Positions 49,435 to 58,634 of a stretch of DNA of 64,000 bases are shown piece after piece. The notes under the pieces were generated by a model. The model did not search any database. It had not been told where the DNA came from and was given only the letters and a program-made list of their open reading frames with translations. Source of the stretch: Candidatus Gottesmanbacteria bacterium UBA6580 (lineage in GTDB: Bacteria > Patescibacteriota > Microgenomatia > UBA10105 > UBA927); assembly GCA_002433895.1 (NCBI GenBank), contig DJJA01000006.1:104630-168629 (forward strand), given 5' to 3'. Position 1 is the stretch's first letter. Each line of letters begins with the position of its first letter. The position numbers and the translations under genes were made by a program.

Positions 49435-50259
49435 GCACACCTCCTGTATGACACTCACAAGATCCGCGAGGCTCCGCTGTGAAGGTTTCATGTCGGGATT
49501 TTTCGCGCTCCCGTTTAATATCATGTGGTGTGAAGCATGGAGAAACCACGTCGCGTCAGGCTCATCACTTTTAAGACGTTCGTAAAGCTCAGAGAGATCA
49601 ATCTCTTCTTTCGGAAGTGTTTTAATCCGCACGTATCCTTTTTTCGGATCCTTCCGGATAACGATAGAAAACCCCCGTTTCTGTGCCTGATGGATCACCT
49701 CATCATTCACCGTTTCAAAACCAGCGCCTTTCCCCCACTTGGTAGAAAACTCCATTGCGGTGAGCATTTCTTTTTCTGCCCACATTTTATTAAGCAGCAC
49801 TTTATAAATTCCGTCGAGCGACTGAAATCCCAGCTCCATGATTTTCGTCGGATTTTCTCCGTGAAGCAGCCGCCATCCGTCGATTTGCGCGACGATCCAA
49901 AATTCCCAATAATCGGCAGCCGCGTTGGGATAAAACACCTCCCGGAAATGATCAACATCATTCACTACCGCGACCATACGCTCCAACACTGGATCCACCC
50001 CGTGTAGCCTTGCGATTTCTTCGTATACCAACCGGGCAGCGCAGGTATCTGCGTCAGTCTGGTGGTGGTCAAATTTTCCAAATCCGGTATCAACGTGGAT
50101 AATTTCCGGATCGCTATCCGGACTCATCTTATTGAGTGTGGTGCCGGCAGGAACGAACGCGAGGAGTGCTTCTTCCCAACCCGGGAAAAATGTCTTTACC
50201 AGCCAGGTGCTCGTGATAGCATCCAAATCCGGACCAATATGGGTAACAATCGTTTTCAT
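49429..50259 (-). CDS. DHH-family phosphoesterase (NrnA-like)
   Basis: HIGPDLDAITS and FDHHQT motifs. Confidence 0.65.
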   Translation of the reverse strand: MKTIVTHIGPDLDAITSTWLVKTFFPGWEEALLAFVPAGTTLNKMSPDSDPEIIHVDTGFGKFDHHQTDADTCAARLVYEEIARLHGVDPVLERMVAVVNDVDHFREVFYPNAAADYWEFWIVAQIDGWRLLHGENPTKIMELGFQSLDGIYKVLLNKMWAEKEMLTAMEFSTKWGKGAGFETVNDEVIHQAQKRGFSIVIRKDPKKGYVRIKTLPKEEIDLSELYERLKSDEPDATWFLHASHHMILNGSAKNPDMKPSQRSLADLVSVIQEVCK

Positions 50260-50274
50260 ATGTGTTGAGAAGTA

Positions 50275-50760
50275 TTATACCTTACTTTGTACGCGCGGGG
50301 GTTGTCCTGCCATTATCTTGGTAACGATTTCATCTACCCGCTGCTCTGCCACTTTCCCTTTTGCGGAAACGATACGCTTCCCCTCAGGGTTTTTAGATAA
50401 ATACGAGCGCCATTCCTTGGCAGACTTGCGTATTTTACTCCGTTCCTTGGCGGCAGGACTTCTGCCAGAAAACATAACGATAATTGGCGCGTAAAACCAC
50501 AATTGGGTAAGTTTTGATAACGCGTGCCACCGCCCTTGATCACGGAAATTATCGTCTACCTGGCTCATTTTTTCCGGAGCGGCCAATTTTGCTCTCTCAA
50601 ATGCTTCCCACGACTCGCCGTACGGGATAGCCGATTGGATTTTGCCGATCTGCCGGACAACCTCCTTGGACACCGGGCCTGACGGATGAAACAGGTAATC
50701 GAGCTTTGCCTGGATACGTTCACCAAGGCTTGGTCTTCTGTACTCCGCGTTTTCTGCCAT
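50275..50760 (-). CDS. hypothetical protein
   Basis: Start taken at MAENAEYRR, 8 nt after the proS stop. Confidence 0.35.
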   Translation of the reverse strand: MAENAEYRRPSLGERIQAKLDYLFHPSGPVSKEVVRQIGKIQSAIPYGESWEAFERAKLAAPEKMSQVDDNFRDQGRWHALSKLTQLWFYAPIIVMFSGRSPAAKERSKIRKSAKEWRSYLSKNPEGKRIVSAKGKVAEQRVDEIVTKIMAGQPPRVQSKV

Positions 50761-50768
50761 ATAATTGG

Positions 50769-52217
50769 TTAGTATGACTGCCCGAACAGCCACCGGTGTA
50801 CGGCTGGCTTCCCACAGTGCACACACACTCCTTCTTCTTCAGGAGCAGTCAACGGCAGACAACGGGTGGCAGCCTTCGTCTTTTCCTTAATCGCAGCTTC
50901 ACACGGTGCTTCTTCGCACCAGAACGCCCGGATAAATCCACGGTTCGTTTTCATAATGTCCTCAAAATCAGAAAATTCAACGACATCACGCGTGTTGCTT
51001 TCCAGAAAATTCTTTGCCGTGGCGTAGAGCGATTTTTGGATATCCTCGAGCATTTTTTCAATTTTCGGGATCATTTCCCGCCGCTCTACGACAATCTTTT
51101 CGCCTGTATCGCGGCGCGCCATGGTCACCGTCCTATCAGTCATCTCTTTCATACCCACTTCCAGCCGCACGGGTACGCCTTTTACTTCCCATTCGTTAAA
51201 CTTGCGGCCGACTGACTGGCTATCCCGGTCGTCAAGCCGTGTGCGCACGCCCTGACCGACCAAGGCATCACGTATCTCGCCGCAATAATCCAGAAGTGCC
51301 TCACGCCCTTCATCGCCGCGCGAAATAGGCACTACCACGACCTGCGTAGACGCGATTTTCGGTGGCAGTACTAACCCGTTATCATCACCATGGGTGAGGA
51401 ACAACCCTCCCAGACTCCGGGTAGAAAACCCAAATGAGGTCTGCCAGACAAACTCGGAGGCTCCTTCGCGGGTCTGGAAAGAAATATTAAAAGATTTCGA
51501 GAAATTTTGCCCCAAGTTATGACTTGTCCCTCCTTGGAGTGCTTTGCCGTCCGGCATAAGTGCTTCTACCGTAAACGTGGTTTTGGCTCCGGCAAATTTC
51601 TCTGTTTCGCTTTTCCGTCCCATTATGACGGGTACGGCGAAATAATCCTCGTAAATCTGGCGGTACCAATCAAGCGCTTTCATCACCGTCGCCACGGCTT
51701 CTTTTTCGGTTTCATGGGCGGTGTGCCCCTCCTGCCATAAAAACTCAGTTGTCCGCAAGAAAAGATAGGTACGTTTTTCCCACCTGACTACGTTATTCCA
51801 CTGATTGATCAGGACCGGCAGATCGCGCCAACTATGTACCCATTTGGAATACATATCGTACATAATTGTCTCGGACGTCGGGCGGACAACCAGCGGATCT
51901 TTGAGTTTCTCGCCCCCTCCCACTGTTACCACCGCAAGCTCAGGGGAAAATCCTTCTACATGCTGCTTTTCTTTCTCGAGGAGCGACATGGGGATAAACA
52001 ACGGAAAATACGCGTTTTCGATACCCGCTGAACGCATCATACGGTTCAATGCCTCCTGTACCGATTCCCACAACGCATAACCATATGGTCGGATAACCAT
52101 ACAGCCTTTTACCGGGGCATAATCGGCTATCCCCGCTTTCAGTATGACGTCGGTATACCACGCAGATAAATCATCGCTTTTTTTCTTCAGTTCCTTTTTT
52201 TCGAATGCTGGTTTCAT
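50769..52217 (-). CDS. proS: prolyl-tRNA synthetase (archaeal/eukaryotic-type class IIa)
   Basis: Class II motifs 1-3, a C-terminal zinc-binding domain, and no editing insertion. Confidence 0.9.
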   Translation of the reverse strand: MKPAFEKKELKKKSDDLSAWYTDVILKAGIADYAPVKGCMVIRPYGYALWESVQEALNRMMRSAGIENAYFPLFIPMSLLEKEKQHVEGFSPELAVVTVGGGEKLKDPLVVRPTSETIMYDMYSKWVHSWRDLPVLINQWNNVVRWEKRTYLFLRTTEFLWQEGHTAHETEKEAVATVMKALDWYRQIYEDYFAVPVIMGRKSETEKFAGAKTTFTVEALMPDGKALQGGTSHNLGQNFSKSFNISFQTREGASEFVWQTSFGFSTRSLGGLFLTHGDDNGLVLPPKIASTQVVVVPISRGDEGREALLDYCGEIRDALVGQGVRTRLDDRDSQSVGRKFNEWEVKGVPVRLEVGMKEMTDRTVTMARRDTGEKIVVERREMIPKIEKMLEDIQKSLYATAKNFLESNTRDVVEFSDFEDIMKTNRGFIRAFWCEEAPCEAAIKEKTKAATRCLPLTAPEEEGVCVHCGKPAVHRWLFGQSY

Positions 52218-52293
52218 ATGTTTACTGTTGACATGTAACGATTAACTTTTAACAAGAAATTCTGGTTAACTGTTAATTGTTAAATGTTCATTG
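52218..52293. repeat. GTTAAC-rich palindromic motif cluster (copy 3)
   Basis: CTGTTGACATGTAACGATTAACTTTTAACAAG...GGTTAACTGTTAATTGTTAAATG, lying between csaA and proS. Confidence 0.6.
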
Positions 52294-52629
52294 TTAATAT
52301 AATCTTCCTCCGACTATTGCATCATCTTTGTCCGGAACTATCAAGACGCACTCATGATTTTCATCTGGGACTCCAAGCGTAAGCACCTCAGACACAAACG
52401 GACCGATTTGACGGGGTGGGAAGTTTACGACCCCCAGCACTTTCTTTCCGATCAGCGCCTCTTTCGTATAGTATGTTACAAGCTGCGCGCTCGACCGTTT
52501 TTTACCTATTTCGCTACCGAAATCTATAGTGAGTTTATAGGCGGGTTTTCTCGCCTCGGGAAAATCGTCGACCGCCACAATAACACCAACCCGTATATCC
52601 AACGCCGCGAAATTGTCATACATAGCCAT
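52294..52629 (-). CDS. csaA: tRNA-binding protein CsaA (EMAP/Trbp111-like OB fold)
   Basis: 111 aa with the IRVGVIVAV...KKRSSAQLV pattern. Confidence 0.85.
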   Translation of the reverse strand: MAMYDNFAALDIRVGVIVAVDDFPEARKPAYKLTIDFGSEIGKKRSSAQLVTYYTKEALIGKKVLGVVNFPPRQIGPFVSEVLTLGVPDENHECVLIVPDKDDAIVGGRLY

Positions 52630-52843
52630 AATAAAACCCTCTCCTTACACAAATCAGGCAGTATTCCTGAAATGTAAGGGCGAGGGTAAATCCCGCGGTA
52701 CCACCTTACTTTTCGCCTCCGCCAAACGGCGGATTGCGAATCTTCATTTAAGCAGTCACGGGCTTTCCCGTCTCCGTTATTGGCGGAGCCACCTCTTATT
52801 CCGGTCGGATCTCGGAACGAACGTGTTTCACGTACAATCGATT
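52630..52843 (-). promoter_or_regulatory. T-box riboswitch leader (translational, RBS-sequestering type) upstream of csaA-proS
   Basis: The minus-strand RNA contains AAGUAAGGUGGUACCGCGGG, matching the T-box consensus AAUUAGGGUGGUACCGCGG at 16 of 18 positions including the invariant UGGUACCGCG. An antiterminator-type fold (GUAAGG/CCUUAC stem, 7-nt UGGUACC bulge, GCGGG/CUCGC stem) competes with a sequestrator helix ACCCUC...CCUUACA/UGUAAGG...GAGGGU that occludes the AAGGAGAGGG Shine-Dalgarno sequence. Confidence 0.75.
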
Positions 52844-52849
52844 ACTCAT

Positions 52850-52878
52850 AGTGTAGCCGATAACAAACCACCAGTCAA
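52850..52878 (-). promoter_or_regulatory. promoter for T-box leader: TTGACT, 17-nt spacer, TACACT (minus strand)
   Basis: The hexamers sit at plus-strand 52873-52878 and 52850-52855. Confidence 0.45.
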
Positions 52879-52894
52879 CGGGATCACCAACGCA

Positions 52895-53923
52895 TTAGTT
52901 ATCCGGCGAGTTGCCGCCATCACCATTATTGTTGCCATTATTATCATTGTTATCATCCTGCCTACCCTGATTGTTTCCGTCACTATTACTACGGTTATTG
53001 CCCCGCCCCTGATCACCGTTGTCCTCCCCGTCTTCCTGTTCCGTGATATCTGGCTGCGATGCTATAATCTCCAATTCGTCAATAACTTCCTGTATTTCGT
53101 CATCAACGTCCGTAATAGAGGTGTCGTTCACTACTCCCCCTGAGGGGGGTGCTACTACCACATCGGTGATTTGCTCCGCGATAGTTTCCGTCTCCTGCTG
53201 TGATACGCTCAGTTGCTCTGCGATTGCCTGAATTTCGGCCGATGCGGGGGCATTTGCCGGTTGGGCAGCTGCCTGTTGTTGCAATGCCCGTAACTGTTGC
53301 GCCTGAAGCGCGAGTTGCGCCTGTAATTGCTGTGACTGCTGTGACAGTGATTGCTGTGACTGCTGCTGCAATTCCGCTTGCAATGCTAATACCTGATCAA
53401 GCTGCATCTGTAGGTTGGCTTGTAATTGCTGTGCGCTTGTATCGGGAGCGAACTGCCGCTTTACGGGTTTTGCAGTAGGACGTGCCTTGGTCTTCACTTG
53501 TTGTGCTTTTAACTCATTGGAAACACCCTGCAGAGTCGTGATATATTGCTTGGCAGCTTCCCGTTTCTTTTCAACGGTCGGCGCCTTTTCAATCATGACC
53601 TTTGTCGCTTGCACCTGGGCGGAAAGCAGCGATAATCCTTCATAAGATTGCCGGCTTGCCAGTAATGTCTTTGCCTCTTCAAGCCTGCGCTTCGTATAGT
53701 GCGAATTGAGACTTGCCTGGGCGTCATATGAAGGTCTTGCCACAGCGAGCAACGTCTGCTCAAACGACCGCTTCACCCCGTACATCGTGTCGCCCGGCAA
53801 ACTACTCCATGATGCCATAATAAGGATGGTGGGAGCAGCAAATACAGCAATAAAACCCCAACTGAGGTAATCAAAAGCTTTGTTCACTACCCTAACAGTA
53901 AGCAATATCGTTACCGGTGTCAA
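52895..53923 (-). CDS. hypothetical membrane-anchored coiled-coil protein with Gln-rich and Asn/Asp/Gly-rich low-complexity tail
   Basis: N-terminal TM helix, a QQLQAQ coiled-coil region, and a C-terminus NNDNNGNNNGDGGNSPDN. Confidence 0.45.
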   Translation of the reverse strand: MTPVTILLTVRVVNKAFDYLSWGFIAVFAAPTILIMASWSSLPGDTMYGVKRSFEQTLLAVARPSYDAQASLNSHYTKRRLEEAKTLLASRQSYEGLSLLSAQVQATKVMIEKAPTVEKKREAAKQYITTLQGVSNELKAQQVKTKARPTAKPVKRQFAPDTSAQQLQANLQMQLDQVLALQAELQQQSQQSLSQQSQQLQAQLALQAQQLRALQQQAAAQPANAPASAEIQAIAEQLSVSQQETETIAEQITDVVVAPPSGGVVNDTSITDVDDEIQEVIDELEIIASQPDITEQEDGEDNGDQGRGNNRSNSDGNNQGRQDDNNDNNGNNNGDGGNSPDN

Positions 53924-53956
53924 TCACACGAAAAAAAAATGAAGAAAGCTGGTGTC

Positions 53957-55066
53957 TTATCCGCGCACAAGCCGGAGAATATCGTTTATCGAAACCAGAA
54001 GCACTAACCCTAACAAAATAATCATGCCTATCTGATGGGTAGACTTTTCAAACGCGGGATGAGCCCGGCGGCCGAGTATTTTTTCCAAAAAGACAAATGC
54101 AAGCCTGCCGCCATCAAGCGCCGGGATCGGCAGGATATTTAATACCGCCAGATTAAGTGACAATATGCTCGCAAATTCCAGTACCGCTTGCCATCCGAAT
54201 TTAACCGCCTGACCCGTCACTTGCGCTATCCCAATGGGTCCCGCGACATCTGCTTCCGGCGCGCGGAGTGTCACGAGACGCCATAGCGTGGAACCGAGCG
54301 ACACCAGCATCTCTTTTGCGCGCATGATATTGATCATAAATGCCTTGCCCGGGGCTTCAGTCAAGGTGTATTTATGTGTTTCCAAATCTGATATTGCTAC
54401 CCCTAACGGTCCCTCACCCGGCGGAACCTCTTTACGTGGGGTGACCGTAATATTCATATCCTGACCATCACGGACAACGTGAAGCGTCACTTCATTGCCT
54501 TTTTCCTCATTCACAAACGCAATGAGCTCAGCGGGAGTCGTCAGCTTCATGGGTTTTTGATCACGAACGGCGATAGACACGAGCGTGTCGTTTAACTGGA
54601 ATCCTGCTTTTTCTGCCGGGCTCCCTGCGACAATCCGTTCAACACGCACGATACCGGATGGCTCCTTCACTCCAGAAACGAGCAGAGCAGCAGTAATACC
54701 CACCGCGAGAATAAAATTCATTATGACCCCGGCCGCCAATATCACCGAGCGTTCTTTTTTGCTTCGAGCCCAAAAATACTCACCCAGCTTTTGACGCTGG
54801 TCAGGCCGGAGCTTACCTTTTATTTTTGATAACTGTCCGGAAGACGCGTCATCTTCCCCTGCTAAGCGCACAAAACCGCCGATAGGAAGCCAATTGAGGG
54901 AATATATGGTATTTCCGAACTTCTTCCCCCAAATACGCGGAGGCAACCCCAATCCAAATTCTTCTACCCGAACACCAATCCAGCGGGCCATCATAAAATG
55001 TCCGAGTTCATGGATAAGGACAAGGACGGTGAGAATGACGAGAAATGTAAGGGCAGTGAGGATCAT
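53957..55066 (-). CDS. rseP: RIP metalloprotease RseP (M50 site-2 protease) with PDZ domain
   Basis: HELGH zinc motif in the first TM segment, a PDZ domain and an LDGG motif. Confidence 0.9.
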   Translation of the reverse strand: MILTALTFLVILTVLVLIHELGHFMMARWIGVRVEEFGLGLPPRIWGKKFGNTIYSLNWLPIGGFVRLAGEDDASSGQLSKIKGKLRPDQRQKLGEYFWARSKKERSVILAAGVIMNFILAVGITAALLVSGVKEPSGIVRVERIVAGSPAEKAGFQLNDTLVSIAVRDQKPMKLTTPAELIAFVNEEKGNEVTLHVVRDGQDMNITVTPRKEVPPGEGPLGVAISDLETHKYTLTEAPGKAFMINIMRAKEMLVSLGSTLWRLVTLRAPEADVAGPIGIAQVTGQAVKFGWQAVLEFASILSLNLAVLNILPIPALDGGRLAFVFLEKILGRRAHPAFEKSTHQIGMIILLGLVLLVSINDILRLVRG

Positions 55067-55075
55067 GGTGATGGA

Positions 55076-55639
55076 TTATACCTGCATGAGCTCCGCTTCT
55101 TTTTTTGCCTCCATCGCTTCGAGTTCGGCAATCATTTCATCTGTTAATTCCTGTACTTTCTTTTCCCCGGATTTTTTCTCATCTTCGCCAAGATCCTTGC
55201 TGGAAAGCGCGCCGTCAAGTTCTTTCATCGCGTCGTGACGGACACCGCGTACCATGACTTTACCTGCCTCTAACTTTGCTTTAGCGAGCTTAATATAATC
55301 CTGTCGGCGTTCTTCTGAAAGCGGCGGGATACTTATCCGAAGTATTTCCCCGTCAACAATCGGATTGAGCCCCACATTGGCGGCGGCAATGCCCCGTTCG
55401 ATTTCTGAAAGTATCGATGGATCATATGGAGAAATAACAAGCGTCTTACTGTCTATTGCGGAAATAGTGGCAAGTTCCATCACTTTAAGGTGCTGGGTGG
55501 CACCGTACACGGCAACAACAATATTTTCGACCAACGCGGGGGTTGCCCTACCGCTCCGTATAGAAGAAAGGTCAACGCGCGTTACTTCTATGGCTTTTTT
55601 CATCCGTTCGCGGGTTGAGTGAAGAAGTGCGTCAATCAT
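55076..55639 (-). CDS. frr: ribosome recycling factor
   Basis: RRF family pattern. Start at MIDALLHS. Confidence 0.9.
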   Translation of the reverse strand: MIDALLHSTRERMKKAIEVTRVDLSSIRSGRATPALVENIVVAVYGATQHLKVMELATISAIDSKTLVISPYDPSILSEIERGIAAANVGLNPIVDGEILRISIPPLSEERRQDYIKLAKAKLEAGKVMVRGVRHDAMKELDGALSSKDLGEDEKKSGEKKVQELTDEMIAELEAMEAKKEAELMQV

Positions 55640-55780
55640 TGGTATTAGTTTAGGCGACAAACACGCACCAGTCAATAGCATCTTGTTTTATTGATAAGGA
55701 AAGAGAGCAGTGCCGGTTTTCATCCCGCTACGCGGGATGGCACGTCGAGAGGAAACCGTAGGTGTCCTCTCGAGATAAGT

Positions 55781-56239
55781 TTACTCCCCCAACTGCATGC
55801 GGGTAAATTTCGCGACAGTGATGTTTTCGCCTACTTTCGCGATCGTAAGTTTAATAAGATCCGTAATTGATTGCTTCGCATCCCGGATATATGCGCCTTC
55901 CAACAGCTCCTTCACGTCTTTCGGGTTCATCGCGGCGATTTGCATGGCAATCTCGTGAGCAAGTGTTTTAAACTCATCGGTTCTCGCCACAAAATCGGTC
56001 TCGCAACGGAGCTCCACAAGCACCCCTACCTTGCCACCGGCATGAACGTAGGATTCGATAATTCCCTGGCTTGTTTCTTTACCTTCTTTTTTGGCTGCCT
56101 TCTCCAATCCCCGCTCCGTCAGAAGTTTTTTTGCTTTGTCGTAGTTTCCCTCTGCGTCTTCCAATGCTTGCCGACAATCAGACACGCCTGCGGAAGTTTC
56201 TTCACGAAGTTTTTTGAGATCATCAATAGACACTTTCAT
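55781..56239 (-). CDS. tsf: elongation factor Ts (short form)
   Basis: N-terminal UBA-like LREETSAGVSDCRQAL motif. Start at MKVSIDDL. Confidence 0.9.
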   Translation of the reverse strand: MKVSIDDLKKLREETSAGVSDCRQALEDAEGNYDKAKKLLTERGLEKAAKKEGKETSQGIIESYVHAGGKVGVLVELRCETDFVARTDEFKTLAHEIAMQIAAMNPKDVKELLEGAYIRDAKQSITDLIKLTIAKVGENITVAKFTRMQLGE

Positions 56240-56279
56240 GTTTGTTCCTTTCTGTGCATCCCGCAAAATCCGGGAAAAG

Positions 56280-57107
56280 TTATTTCTCTGCCTTTTTCTT
56301 TTTCTCTTCAACCGGTTTCTCTTCTTTTGCCGCTTCCTTTTCCGCCGCTTCTGCCTTCACTTCGGTTTTTGCCGGCGCTTTTTCTGTAGCTGCTTTTTCC
56401 GCGGCTTTGGCGGTTTCTTTTTCCAGTTTCTCACGGGCTTCGCGATAACTTTCAGCGACTGCGGTCACGATAAGTTCAACAGACCCCACGGCGTCATCAT
56501 TTGCCGGGATAACATAATCGATACCACTCGGATTTGCATTCGTATCAACAATACCGATAACAGGTATACCGAGGCGCTGCGCTTCCCGCACCGCTGACTG
56601 TTCTTTACGGACATCAACGACAAAGATGGCCTTGGGAAGTGAGTCGAGCATGAGCACGCCTTCATAATCCACGTTCAAACGGTTGAGATAACGCGCCATT
56701 TTTGTCTGCTCGTGTTTGGGAAATTTCTTCCATCCGCCGTTTTTCTGGTCATCCATCATTTTAATGATTTTTTGGATATTTTTGTGAACCCCTTCCCAGT
56801 TGGTCATAAATCCGCCAATCCACCGCTGGGTAAGGTACGAGGCTCCGGCGTTTTGTGCTGCAGTCTTTACCACTCCGCGTGCCTGCCGCTTGGTACCAAC
56901 AAAAAGCACAGTTTCGCCCGCTTCCCCGAGCGCGCGTACAAACGCGACAGCCGCGTCTAATCCCGCCTTGGTTTTTGCAAGATCGATTATGTGGATACCG
57001 TCTTTTTCTGCCCAAATAAATTCAGACGCTTTGGGGTGCCAACGCTCTGCTTTGTGACCGAAATGGCAACCTGCTTCTAATAACTGCTCTAATGTTGTGT
57101 CATGCAT
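56280..57107 (-). CDS. rpsB: 30S ribosomal protein S2 (with Lys/Glu/Ala-rich C-terminal extension)
   Basis: S2 signature motifs and the rpsB-tsf-frr order. Confidence 0.95.
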   Translation of the reverse strand: MHDTTLEQLLEAGCHFGHKAERWHPKASEFIWAEKDGIHIIDLAKTKAGLDAAVAFVRALGEAGETVLFVGTKRQARGVVKTAAQNAGASYLTQRWIGGFMTNWEGVHKNIQKIIKMMDDQKNGGWKKFPKHEQTKMARYLNRLNVDYEGVLMLDSLPKAIFVVDVRKEQSAVREAQRLGIPVIGIVDTNANPSGIDYVIPANDDAVGSVELIVTAVAESYREAREKLEKETAKAAEKAATEKAPAKTEVKAEAAEKEAAKEEKPVEEKKKKAEK

Positions 57108-57150
57108 ATGTTTTTTCCTTTTATTACTAAAATTAATAAATATTAATACC

Positions 57151-57176
57151 CAATAAAAAACACGCGATACGCGTGT
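57151..57176 (-). terminator. intrinsic terminator (7-bp stem ACACGCG/CGCGUGU, AUA loop, U6AUU tract)
   Basis: On the minus strand it reads ACACGCGUAUCGCGUGUUUUUUAUU, between glyA and rpsB. Confidence 0.65.
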
Positions 57177-57263
57177 TTATATAATTCGCGTATCTCTTTA
57201 TACCGCCACCCGGGAAAAGAATTGCTTCTCAAGAGATACTCCCGAATGTGTGGAATAGAACAT

Positions 57264-57292
57264 ATTATACACAGCGGGAGACCACTTCGCAA
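57264..57292 (-). promoter_or_regulatory. sigma70-like promoter TTGCGA, 17-nt spacer, TATAAT (minus strand)
   Basis: The hexamers sit at plus-strand 57287-57292 and 57264-57269 with exactly 17 nt between them. The transcript would end at the 57151-57176 terminator, about 100 nt long. Confidence 0.4.
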
Positions 57293-57312
57293 GTGAGGCC
57301 GCATCAGTATAA

Positions 57313-58623
57313 TTACGGCAGAGGAAATGCAGCACACAAAGACTTCACTCTATCGGCAATTGCACGCAATTCGTGATGTTGAGCAAACTCTTTTTTCGTT
57401 TGTGCGATAAACGCGAGCCGCTCTGCTTTTTCTTCCGGCAAATGCATATCTTTTACCAAATGAATAACGTCCATGATCCATACGCCAATTTTTTTCATTT
57501 CCTCCTCTTTCATCCCGCGGGTAGTAATCGCGGGCGTCCCCAGCCGGATACCGGATGGATACACAGATGAACCGGTATCAAACGGGACGGTGTTGCGATT
57601 GACGATAATATTGGCAAACTCAAGCGCCCACGCGACGACCCATGCTGAAGCGTTGATACTCCGAAGATCAATTAATACCAGATGTTTATCAGTACCTCCC
57701 GATACCACATCCAACCCCGCACTCACGAAATAGTTCGCAAGTACCTGTGCGTTGGTAACCACCTGACGGGCATACGCTTTAAACCCCTCTGAATGCGCTT
57801 CTTCGAGCGCCACGGCAATACCGGCGATGGTATGTTCGTGAGGACCACCCTGGATACCCGGAAACACCGATTGGTCTATAGCAGCGCTCAGCTCTTTTTT
57901 GGAAAAAATCATCGCGCCCCGGGGGCCACGCAATGTTTTGTGCGTTGTCATCATCACCACATCGGCATACAAAAACGGTGACGCGTTTACCCCGCCCGCG
58001 ATAAGGCCGGCTTCGTGAGACACGTCTGCCAGGTAATACGCGCCGACATCATGCGCAATTTCACTCATGCGTTTATGATCGATTTCCCGTGGATACGCCG
58101 TGCCGCCGGATATAAGAAGCTTGGGCTTCACTTCCCTTGCCTGCGCTGCGATCGCGTCATAATCAAAAAGGCGGGTAGATGTGTCAACGTGATAAAACGT
58201 GATATCCCATATCTTCGAAACCAACGTGATTTTTTTATCCGGCAACTGCCAGCCATGAGAAAGATGACCGCCATCGGGCAAATACATAGAGAGTATTTTT
58301 TCTCCCGGTTCAAGCAATGCGGCAATAATCGCAAGATTAGCCGGACTTCCGCTTAACGCCTGCACGTTAACTCCCCACACGGCTTCCGAAAGTCCAAAAA
58401 GACGGAGCGCCCGGGATTTACAGAGTGTTTCTAACTCATCCACCACACTATTGCCCTGATAATACCGCTTCATCGCCTGACCTTCCGCGTATTTATTCAT
58501 GAACACAGAGCCGACTGCGGCCCGGACATCCGATGATGCGTAATTTTCTGAGGGGATCATTTCCAAAACTTCGCTTTGGCGCTTCGCTTCTGAGGAAATA
58601 AGATGGGAGATGCTGGTATCCAT
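57313..58623 (-). CDS. glyA: serine hydroxymethyltransferase
   Basis: PLP-lysine motif (TTHKTLRGPRG). 436 aa. Confidence 0.95.
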   Translation of the reverse strand: MDTSISHLISSEAKRQSEVLEMIPSENYASSDVRAAVGSVFMNKYAEGQAMKRYYQGNSVVDELETLCKSRALRLFGLSEAVWGVNVQALSGSPANLAIIAALLEPGEKILSMYLPDGGHLSHGWQLPDKKITLVSKIWDITFYHVDTSTRLFDYDAIAAQAREVKPKLLISGGTAYPREIDHKRMSEIAHDVGAYYLADVSHEAGLIAGGVNASPFLYADVVMMTTHKTLRGPRGAMIFSKKELSAAIDQSVFPGIQGGPHEHTIAGIAVALEEAHSEGFKAYARQVVTNAQVLANYFVSAGLDVVSGGTDKHLVLIDLRSINASAWVVAWALEFANIIVNRNTVPFDTGSSVYPSGIRLGTPAITTRGMKEEEMKKIGVWIMDVIHLVKDMHLPEEKAERLAFIAQTKKEFAQHHELRAIADRVKSLCAAFPLP

Positions 58624-58634
58624 AATCCTTCCTA

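Noticed and set aside
52895-53110. Short tandem periodicity (AATAATG / GTTATC-like units) that could suggest a CRISPR or VNTR
   Set aside because: It is in-frame coding low complexity (an Asn/Asp/Gly-rich tail of the 52895-53923 protein), with no spacer-repeat architecture.
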